DNA of 45,284 nucleotides. Origin: Candidatus Nealsonbacteria bacterium (GTDB taxonomy: Bacteria > Patescibacteriota > Minisyncoccia > Minisyncoccales > PWPS01). Numbering within the stretch: the stretch's first letter is position 1; each line of letters begins with the position of its first letter. The notes beneath the pieces were generated by a model. The model made no database searches. It saw nothing but the letters and a program-made list of their open reading frames with translations, and had not been told where the DNA came from. The position numbers were made by a program, and so were the translations under genes. Location: contig PWPS01000001.1 of assembly GCA_003557065.1 (NCBI GenBank), positions 1 to 45,284 of the forward strand. Direction: 5' to 3'. Below, piece after piece: positions 18,173 to 24,963 of this stretch.

Positions 18173-18499
18173 CTATCCTATCACTAAATTGATAATTGCC
18201 GGAACGGCATAAGCGAAAACCGCTACGAGAACACCGGCGATTCCGAAAGTAATATACTTTTTACCTTTATCGACATTGTCGGGGTTTTGTCCTCCCATGA
18301 GGATCATTGCACCTCCGAGAGTAACAAGACCGACTACGATACCCATCATTAAGTAAAAGACAACCTGAGCAGCTCTGTTTACGGTGTTTATCATGCAAAC
18401 TATTGCCCATGCATCTCCATCCGCTGCTGTTACTGTAGTTCCAGCACCTCCTCCAACTCCTTCATATTCAAGCGCCCTTACAAGAGTACATCCTTCCAT
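18173..18499 (-). CDS. VirB2/TrbC-like two-helix pilin-like protein, paralog 1 (ORF as tracked lacks the signal peptide; see in-frame TGA at 18539-18541)
   Basis: The C-terminal half, MMGIVVGLVTLGGAMILMGGQNPDNVDKGKKYITFGIAGVLVAVFAYAVPAIINLVIG, is near-identical to paralog 2. Upstream in the same frame lies MKKVLIVLALVVAFAGI-TGA-VTLPSNNVEAQEV. The intact form would therefore be 18173-18592 (139 aa). Confidence 0.6.
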   Translation of the reverse strand: MEGCTLVRALEYEGVGGGAGTTVTAADGDAWAIVCMINTVNRAAQVVFYLMMGIVVGLVTLGGAMILMGGQNPDNVDKGKKYITFGIAGVLVAVFAYAVPAIINLVIG

Positions 18500-18662
18500 T
18501 ACTTCTTGAGCTTCAACGTTGTTGGAAGGGAGAGTTACTCAGATACCTGCAAAAGCAACTACCAAAGCTAAAACAATAAGTACTTTTTTCATTTTTCTGT
18601 TTTAGATTTCATCGACCTTTTCTTGCTTTTTATTCTAGCACTTTTTTTTATTCAGTAAAACC

Positions 18663-18689
18663 AAATCCCTCCCGATAAAGGAGGGATTT
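18663..18689 (-). terminator. Intrinsic terminator after pilin-like paralog 2
   Basis: Perfect 10-bp stem AAATCCCTCC/GGAGGGATTT with a 7-nt loop. On the minus strand it is followed by GGTTTT. It lies 22 nt past the stop at 18711. Confidence 0.5.
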
Positions 18690-18710
18690 ATGGCTTTATC
18701 TTTAAGAGGT

Positions 18711-19139
18711 CTATCTCAAAACAAGATTCAGAATGGCCGGAACGGCATAAGCGAAAACCGCTACGAGAACACCAAAAACCGCGAAAGTGATATATTTTTT
18801 ACCTTTTTCTACACTTTCAGGATTTCCTCCACTACCAAGAATCAAGAAACCACCGAAAATCACTAGCGCCACTACGATACCCATCATAATGGTAAAAAGA
18901 ACTTGCGCAGTTCTGTTTATGGTATTTATCATGCACATAACCGCCCACTCTTCTCCTTCGTGGTCCGCACCGGTTCCTTCCGCACCTACGGTATCGTTTT
19001 CACCCGCAGTAATATTTCCGTAGTCAAGTGCTCTAAGCATTCTGCATTGTTGAATAGGAGAATCTTGAGCTCCTACATAAGCAGATGCACCAAGCGTGAA
19101 TGCAATCACCAGCGATAAAGCTAATAATGCTTTTTTCAT
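18711..19139 (-). CDS. VirB2/TrbC-like two-helix pilin-like protein, paralog 2 (intact)
   Basis: 142 aa. Signal peptide MKKALLALSLVIAFTLGASAYVGA, a variable acidic/Gly-rich segment, WAVMCMINTINRTAQV, hydrophobic helix 1, loop GGNPESVEKGKK, and hydrophobic helix 2 ending FAYAVPAILNLVLR. Confidence 0.7.
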   Translation of the reverse strand: MKKALLALSLVIAFTLGASAYVGAQDSPIQQCRMLRALDYGNITAGENDTVGAEGTGADHEGEEWAVMCMINTINRTAQVLFTIMMGIVVALVIFGGFLILGSGGNPESVEKGKKYITFAVFGVLVAVFAYAVPAILNLVLR

Positions 19140-19216
19140 TTTTTCATTTTTTAAGTTTCATCGACCTTTTTTATTACACCTTGGTTAATTCTATCACCTT
19201 TCAAAAAAGCTGCAAC

Positions 19217-19555
19217 TTAACTAAGTACAAATTGAACTACCGCTAAAACCGCATAAGCAAAAAGGGCAATCATAATCCCCACAACTGTCCAGGTTATTAT
19301 GTTTTTTCCTTTTTTAACATTATCAGGATTAATTCCCCCGAACATATAAAAAGCTCCCCCCAAGACAATCATAAATGTAACCAAAGCCAACCCCACCTGA
19401 ATTAAAAAGCGTGTCAAAGCAGCTAAAAGCTCTGGAATGGTATCGTATTGCAAGGGGTTTTCCAAAGGAATATAATCCCCGTTACCGTTAGCCAAAACCA
19501 AAACAGGAATCAGAAGAAATAGTAGCGCCAGTAGTATTTTAGTTTTTTTCGGCAT
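19217..19555 (-). CDS. VirB2/TrbC-like two-helix pilin-like protein, paralog 3 (divergent)
   Basis: 112 aa. Signal peptide MPKKTKILLALLFLLIPVLVLA and the same helix / GGINPDNVKKGK / helix (LFAYAVLAVVQFVLS) layout. It starts 3 nt after the methyltransferase stop. Confidence 0.65.
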   Translation of the reverse strand: MPKKTKILLALLFLLIPVLVLANGNGDYIPLENPLQYDTIPELLAALTRFLIQVGLALVTFMIVLGGAFYMFGGINPDNVKKGKNIITWTVVGIMIALFAYAVLAVVQFVLS

Positions 19556-19558
19556 ATT

Positions 19559-20071
19559 TTATTTCTGATAAATAAAACCGTAATGATGCATTCCGGCTTG
19601 AAATTCATCTTTTAAGATAAAGTCTTTTTCCTCTATTATTCGCTTTAGTTCCTCCGGATCGATTTTTTCGGTTCTGGGACCTATGGGTGATTGGGGTAAC
19701 CATTCCACAACCAACAAGAACCCATCCTTTTTTAATATTCGTTTCGCTTCGTCCATTATTTTTTCTTTGTCCGATACTTGAAAAAGAAAATTTGTCATTA
19801 AAACCAAATCAACTCTATCATCTCTTATACTTAGACTTTTTTCAATATCTTCATTAAGAACTTTCACATTGGCAATCCCTCCTCTATTCAAACGACCCCT
19901 TAAGACAGAGGTCGGTTCTTCCAGAATATCAATTGCATAGACGACACCTTCTTCCAGTTTTTCCGCCAAAGGGATAACCCATCCCCCCGAACCGCAACCA
20001 AAGTCGGCAGCCACCATCCCTTTCGTAAGGGGTAAATCGTCTATTATTTCTTCCGGATTAATAAATTCCAT
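19559..20071 (-). CDS. Class I SAM-dependent methyltransferase (Methyltransf_11/25-like)
   Basis: 170 aa. Motif I VAADFGCGSGGWVIPLA, with post-I and motif II-like segments (DLVLMTNFLFQV). It abuts the gyrA stop with no gap. Confidence 0.8.
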   Translation of the reverse strand: MEFINPEEIIDDLPLTKGMVAADFGCGSGGWVIPLAEKLEEGVVYAIDILEEPTSVLRGRLNRGGIANVKVLNEDIEKSLSIRDDRVDLVLMTNFLFQVSDKEKIMDEAKRILKKDGFLLVVEWLPQSPIGPRTEKIDPEELKRIIEEKDFILKDEFQAGMHHYGFIYQK

Positions 20072-22534
20072 TTAAAAGCAAGTTATTGAAGCTATTTCAT
20101 CATCCTTGCTAAGCTTCATTACTTTAACTCCCTGAGTAACTCTGGAAAGCTTTGATATCTTATCAATGCTGGTTCTTATAACTTTACCTCTTTTAGAAAT
20201 GGAAACCAAGTCTTGATCGGGAGTAACGATTCTGGCAGATATTATTTCACCCACCTTTTTGGGGTTGCTAAGAGTTTTGAGCCCGATCCCTCCTCTTTTC
20301 TGTGGCTTATAACTTCCAATCGGAGTTCTTTTTCCATAACCTTTATTGGTCATTATCAAGACATACTTTTCTTTTTCATCTTTTCTAAAAATACCGACAT
20401 CGGCAACCTTGTCTTTATTTTTCAAATCTATACCCTTGATTCCCATTGCTTGCCTTCCCATCGGTCTCACTTCTTCTTCATCGAATCTTATGGATTTTCC
20501 CTTCCTGGTAACGATTAGGATATCATCATTTCCGGTCGTCTTTCTAACTCTTTTCAGTTGATCGTCATCCTTCAAGCTAAGGGCGATCAATCCCGACCTC
20601 CTGATGTTTTTAAATTCTTCCAAAGGGGTTTTCTTTATCTTTCCGTTTTCGGTAATCATTACCAAATTCTTGATCTCCCCGTCCTTTCCATCCTTATCCA
20701 GAGGGATAACAGCTAAAACGGACTCTTCCGAAGAGAGTTCCAAGAAATTCAAAATTCCTCTTCCTCTGGCCGCTCTGGATCCTTCCGGAACTTTATACAC
20801 CGGAACTCTAAAAACTTTACCCGTGTCGGTAAAAAATAAAAGATCGTCATGAGTATTCGCTTCTATAAAGTGATCTATCACATCGTCTTGAGTTGTTTTC
20901 ATTCCAAGAATTCCCTTTCCTCCCCTCCTCTGTTTTTTGTAGATCGAAGGATTAATTCTTTTTATGTATCCCCCACTGGTAATAGTAACTATGGCTCTTT
21001 CTTGAGGGATTAAATCTTTTTCATTGATATTCTCCAGAGCCATATCGGTTACTTTGGTCCTTCTTTTATCACCGAATTTCTCCTTCATCTCCAATAATTC
21101 TTTCTTGACTTCTTCTTTGATTCTACTCTCACTTTCTAAAATTTCCGTCAACTCTTTTATTATCTTTCTTTTTTCCTCCAATTCATTCTCAACCTCAACC
21201 CTTTCCAACTTGGCCAGCCTTTGAAGTCTCATCATCAAGATCGCGGTAGCTTGGATATCGGTCAATCCATATTCTTTCATTAAGTTATCCTTGGCCTCTT
21301 CTTTATTTTCCGAAGCTTTAATCGTTTCAATTATCTTGTCTATATCAACCAAAGCCTTAAAAAGACCTTCCAGAATATGCGCTCTATCTTTCGCCCTTTT
21401 TAAATCATATTTAATCCTGCGAGTAACGACCTCTATTCGATGATCGACATAATACTCCAATATCTCAACCAGATTAAGAACTCTTGGCTGTATTCCGTCC
21501 ACAAGCGCTATCATATTCAAGTGAAACTTTGTTTGCAACGAACTGTAGTTGTAGAGTCTGTTCAATATTTTTTCCGGATAAGCATTTCTTTTCAAGTCAA
21601 CTGCAACTCTCAATCCATCTCTGTCCGATTCGTCTCTTATATCTTTTACCCCTTCAAGCTTTCCATCTTTAACCAACTTGGCAAATTCTTCAACCATTTT
21701 CGACTTCCTTACCCCGTAAGGTATTTCGGTGATAATAATTTGAGCAAATCCTGATTTTTCATCTTCTATTATTTCAGCCCTACCCCTGACTTTAATACTT
21801 CCCTTTCCTTGTGAGTAAGCCGTTATTATTTGCTCTTTATTAAATATTTCCCCACCCGTAGGAAAATCCGGACCTTGGACAAACTGAAAGAGATCTTCCG
21901 TATCCGCTTCCGGGTTTTCAAGTAGATGAATAGTCGCGTCTATGGTCTCGCCTAAATTATGCGGGGGAATATTGGTCGCCATTCCTACAGCAATACCCAA
22001 TGTTCCATTTAAAAGAAGCTGAGGAACGGGGGAGGGTAATACCGTAGGCTCCCTATTGGTTCCGTCATAGTTGTCGATAAACTCAACCGTATCCTTTTCT
22101 ATATCCTTCAACATAACCTCTCCTATATCAGAAAGTTTCGCTTCCGTGTATCTTTGAGCTCCGGGAGGATCGTCATCTATGGATCCGAAGTTACCTTGAC
22201 CTTTGACCAATGGATATCTCAACGAGAAATCTTGAGCCATCCTAACCATGGAATTATAAACCGCGGAATCTCCGTGAGGATGGTATCTGGCAAGTGTCAT
22301 TCCAACCACACTGGCAGATTTTTTAAATCTTCCACCGGGAGAAAGACCATCTTCTTTCATCGTATAGAGAATTCTTCTATGAACCGGCTTTAAACCGTCA
22401 CGAACATCGGGAAGAGCTCTTCCGACAATAACCGACATCGCATAGTCGATATAAGACTTTTTCATCTCCTCCTCAATATTTCTCGGCTTAACGTAGCCTA
22501 TGTCGTTTTCTTCTTCAAATTCTTTTTCTTCCAT
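20072..22534 (-). CDS. gyrA: DNA gyrase subunit A
   Basis: 820 aa. [24 protein letters not shown], the active-site Tyr context [13 protein letters not shown]-like HPHGDSAVY, and C-terminal beta-pinwheel repeats. Confidence 0.95.
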   Translation of the reverse strand: MEEKEFEEENDIGYVKPRNIEEEMKKSYIDYAMSVIVGRALPDVRDGLKPVHRRILYTMKEDGLSPGGRFKKSASVVGMTLARYHPHGDSAVYNSMVRMAQDFSLRYPLVKGQGNFGSIDDDPPGAQRYTEAKLSDIGEVMLKDIEKDTVEFIDNYDGTNREPTVLPSPVPQLLLNGTLGIAVGMATNIPPHNLGETIDATIHLLENPEADTEDLFQFVQGPDFPTGGEIFNKEQIITAYSQGKGSIKVRGRAEIIEDEKSGFAQIIITEIPYGVRKSKMVEEFAKLVKDGKLEGVKDIRDESDRDGLRVAVDLKRNAYPEKILNRLYNYSSLQTKFHLNMIALVDGIQPRVLNLVEILEYYVDHRIEVVTRRIKYDLKRAKDRAHILEGLFKALVDIDKIIETIKASENKEEAKDNLMKEYGLTDIQATAILMMRLQRLAKLERVEVENELEEKRKIIKELTEILESESRIKEEVKKELLEMKEKFGDKRRTKVTDMALENINEKDLIPQERAIVTITSGGYIKRINPSIYKKQRRGGKGILGMKTTQDDVIDHFIEANTHDDLLFFTDTGKVFRVPVYKVPEGSRAARGRGILNFLELSSEESVLAVIPLDKDGKDGEIKNLVMITENGKIKKTPLEEFKNIRRSGLIALSLKDDDQLKRVRKTTGNDDILIVTRKGKSIRFDEEEVRPMGRQAMGIKGIDLKNKDKVADVGIFRKDEKEKYVLIMTNKGYGKRTPIGSYKPQKRGGIGLKTLSNPKKVGEIISARIVTPDQDLVSISKRGKVIRTSIDKISKLSRVTQGVKVMKLSKDDEIASITCF

Positions 22535-22544
22535 ACTTTTTTAA

Positions 22545-23216
22545 TTAGTTACTTTGCGGATTAAGTCTGTATACTTGAATTTCTCCTTCCGATAAACTGT
22601 TTTTTGAAATGGAAACTTTGTCTTTCGCTTCTTTGTCTTTCGCCCCCATAGCTTTAAGGAACGGCTCTACCTCATCCAATTCAATTTTTAATCCCGGAAT
22701 CTTATAATGCATCGGGATAACCGCTTTCGGTTCCAGTTGAGATATTATTTTCCCGGCCTTTTTTGCATTTATCGTATAATTTCCTCCAACCGGAATAAGT
22801 AAAACATCAACTTCTCCGATCTCTTTAATTTGTCTGTCACTCAATTCACTTTGACCGAAATCACCCAAGTGACAAACATTCATTCCCTCCGACTCTATTA
22901 TATATATCGTATTCGCTCCTCTTTCTGCTCCTTTCTCTTCATCGTGATAAGAAAAAACACCCTTTATAAAGGTATTTTTAGTTTCATACTCACCCGGACT
23001 ATCTATAACGAAGGCGTCATCGTTGACAGCATCAAGATTGTTATGATCAGCATGTTGGTGAGATACGAGCACAACATCAACATTTTTCTTATAGAGCTTC
23101 AATCCGGTTGAATCCTCATCGTAAGGGTCGATTAAAACAGTGACCCTTTTTCGTGATTTCATTTTCTTTTTCACCGAAATATAAAAACAAGACTGTCCGT
23201 ACCATTTAAAATCCAT
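22545..23216 (-). CDS. MBL-fold metallo-hydrolase (UPF0173-like)
   Basis: 223 aa. HQHADH metal-binding motif (VLVSHQHADHNN) and downstream His/Asp positions typical of the beta-lactamase fold. Confidence 0.8.
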   Translation of the reverse strand: MDFKWYGQSCFYISVKKKMKSRKRVTVLIDPYDEDSTGLKLYKKNVDVVLVSHQHADHNNLDAVNDDAFVIDSPGEYETKNTFIKGVFSYHDEEKGAERGANTIYIIESEGMNVCHLGDFGQSELSDRQIKEIGEVDVLLIPVGGNYTINAKKAGKIISQLEPKAVIPMHYKIPGLKIELDEVEPFLKAMGAKDKEAKDKVSISKNSLSEGEIQVYRLNPQSN

Positions 23217-23264
23217 GTGCGTATAAAAATTAATTTGTATCCTGGTTCATTTTAACAGTGATAC

Positions 23265-23292
23265 TTGAAAAAATCAAGATATTATGTAAAAT
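23265..23292 (+). promoter_or_regulatory. Candidate promoter upstream of the rpsA-like gene
   Basis: TTGAAA (23265-23270), 16-nt spacer, then TG-extended TAAAAT (23285-23292). This would give a leader of about 125 nt. Pattern match only. Confidence 0.3.
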
Positions 23293-23423
23293 GATTTATC
23301 AGTACTGGGAACTCTTAAAAGTTTTGATCCGAAGACCGAGATGCCCGTGCATAATTTATTAATCAAAAAATGAGGAAATTTAAGCTTGTATTCGGATCTG
23401 CCAATTTCCGCAAGTAAAGAACT

Positions 23424-23732
23424 ATGAAAGAAAAATTAAAAGAAGAAAATTTATTGGACATCCCCAAAGAAGGAGCTACTGTCGAAGGAGAAATTGTCGG
23501 TCAAGGGAGAGCTGCCGCTTATGTCGATTTGGGAATTTTCGGAACCGGAATCATTTTCGGAAGAGAATTTTATGCAGCTAAAGACGAACTCAAAGATCTT
23601 GAAAATGGTGAAATCGTTTCTGTAAAAGTAATCAAAATAGATGGTGAGGAAGGCTATGTTGAACTTTCCAGACACCAAGCAAGAAAAGATAAGGCCTGGG
23701 ATGTGTTGGAAAAAAAGAAAGAGGAAAGTTAA
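23424..23732 (+). CDS. rpsA: S1 RNA-binding domain protein: first S1 domain of an rpsA-like gene, ending at an in-frame TAA
   Basis: EGATVEGEIVGQGRAAAYVDLGIFGTGIIFGREF..GEIVSVKVIKIDGEEGYVELSRHQA is a canonical S1/OB domain. The ORF stops at TAA 23730-23732, inside the linker before the next S1 domain. Confidence 0.8.
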   Translation: MKEKLKEENLLDIPKEGATVEGEIVGQGRAAAYVDLGIFGTGIIFGREFYAAKDELKDLENGEIVSVKVIKIDGEEGYVELSRHQARKDKAWDVLEKKKEES

Positions 23733-23891
23733 ACGATAGCGGTAAAGATAGAAGGAGCCAATAAGGGAGGTCTTCTGACCAAACTTTACGGGATACCTGC
23801 ATTCTTACCCTCTTCCCAACTTTCATCCGAAAACTACCCCCATGTAGAAGGAGGAGATCGCGATCAAATACTTAAAGAACTTCAATCTCTT

Positions 23892-24473
23892 GTGGGAGAA
23901 AAGTTGGATGTAAGAATCTTGGATCTTTCAAAAGAAGAAGAGAAAATAATACTTTCGGAAAAAATAAGGGAGATTGAAAAGAAAGAAGAAGCTCTTGAAG
24001 AATATAAAGAAGGAGATGTGGTAAAGGGAAAAGTTACCGGAATAGTTGATTTCGGAGCATTTATAAAATTCGGACAGGGAATTGAAGGATTAATTCATAT
24101 TTCCGAACTGGATTGGAGCTTGGTATCCGATCCGTCGGATATTCTTGAGGAAGGAGAGGAAATAGATGCCAAGATAATCAAAATAGCGGATGGTAAAGTT
24201 TTTCTTTCTCTCAAGGCTTTAAAAGAAGATCCTTGGAAAAAAATTGAAGAAAAACATTCAAAAGGAGATATAATAAAGGGAAAAGTTACCAAATTTGTCT
24301 CTTTCGGATCCTTCGTTGAGCTCGAATCGGGAATTCAAGGACTGTGTCACATTTCCGAATTCGGAACAAAAGAAAAAATGGAAAAAGAATTGGAAGTCGG
24401 AAAAAAATACGAGTTTGAAATACTGTCCATGGATGCAGATGACCATAGATTAAGTTTGAGACTGAGAAAATAA
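23892..24473 (+). CDS. rpsA: rpsA-like continuation (S1 domains 3-4 as tracked; domain 2 lies in frame at 23733-23891)
   Basis: Same frame as 23424-23732. Codons 23733-23891 read TIAVKIEGANKGGLLTKLYGIPAFLPSSQLS.. (an S1 domain) with no further stop. Two more S1 domains follow (GDVVKGKVTGIVDFGAFIKF.., GDIIKGKVTKFVSFGSFVEL..). The tracked start is only the first GTG after the stop. Confidence 0.8.
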   Translation: MGEKLDVRILDLSKEEEKIILSEKIREIEKKEEALEEYKEGDVVKGKVTGIVDFGAFIKFGQGIEGLIHISELDWSLVSDPSDILEEGEEIDAKIIKIADGKVFLSLKALKEDPWKKIEEKHSKGDIIKGKVTKFVSFGSFVELESGIQGLCHISEFGTKEKMEKELEVGKKYEFEILSMDADDHRLSLRLRK

Positions 24474-24494
24474 GACAAAATGGAGATAGAAAAA

Positions 24495-24519
24495 GCCGCC
24501 TTTTCACGGGCGGTTTTTT
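24495..24519 (+). terminator. Intrinsic terminator after the rpsA-like gene
   Basis: Stem CCGCC/GGCGG extended by A:T pairs, 8-nt loop, then TTTTTT (aaaagccgccttttcacgggcggtttttt). Confidence 0.6.
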
Positions 24520-24535
24520 AATTTTTTCTTGATTG

Positions 24536-24608
24536 TCTCCTCGGAAGGACTCGAACCTTCATCTGCGGCTTAGGAGGCCACCGCTCTATCCCGTTGAGCT
24601 ACGAGGAG
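24536..24608 (-). tRNA. tRNA-Arg (anticodon CCT)
   Basis: Acceptor CTCCTCG/CGAGGAG, anticodon stem GTGGC/GCCGC with loop CTCCTAA, T-arm GAAGG-TTCGAGT-CCTTC. Confidence 0.88.
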
Positions 24609-24706
24609 TTTGATGTGCCCAACTACCGAAAGATGGGTCCGAATAATTTAATGGCTTATATTCATAAACTCCGACAAAGGAAACTTCGGGAGTATAATTG
24701 TTAAAG

Positions 24707-24784
24707 TGGGCGACCGACGGGACTCGAACCCGCACCAACTCTCGGACCACAACCGAGTGCTTTACCAATTAAGCTACGGTCGCC
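24707..24784 (-). tRNA. tRNA-His (anticodon GTG)
   Basis: 5' GGCGACCG.. pairs with ..CGGTCGCC (compatible with an encoded G-1). Anticodon stem CTCGG/CCGAG with loop TTGTGGT, T-arm GCGGG-TTCGAGT-CCCGT. The 3' boundary is accurate to about 2 nt. Confidence 0.88.
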
Positions 24785-24792
24785 ATAAAAAG

Positions 24793-24865
<73 letters not shown>

Positions 24866-24963
24866 TTGTAAAAAACATGTGTAAACTATTATACAAGCTA
24901 ATTCTTTTTAGTCAACGAAAACCTTGCCATTTCTCAACTTTATGTTATTATGAACAGACGTAA

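Noticed and set aside
18539-18541. The in-frame TGA in pilin-like paralog 1 as evidence for UGA reassignment (genetic code 25, UGA=Gly as in Gracilibacteria/SR1, or code 4, UGA=Trp).
   Set aside because: TGA clearly terminates several confident genes here. Examples are pilC (1398-1400) and pilB (3677-3679). hsp20 (17417-17419), the second PilB-like ATPase (35102-35104) and yebC (36784-36786) all end in TGA with a classic ATGA overlap onto the next start. The window is consistent with the standard bacterial code.
18500-18541. Selenocysteine insertion at the same TGA.
   Set aside because: The position is inside or just after a signal peptide, not a redox site. The only nearby pairing I could find (CCTTCC..GGAAGG with a loop of about 29 nt) does not resemble a bacterial SECIS. 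No sel genes are visible. A nonsense mutation or a sequence error is far more likely.
23730-23732. A suppressor tRNA in the window explaining the two in-frame stops (TAA in the rpsA-like gene, TGA in the pilin-like gene).
   Set aside because: None of the 18 tRNAs I folded has a TTA, TCA or CTA anticodon. tRNA-Leu(TAA) reads UUA and tRNA-Ser(TGA) reads UCA, which are ordinary sense decoders.
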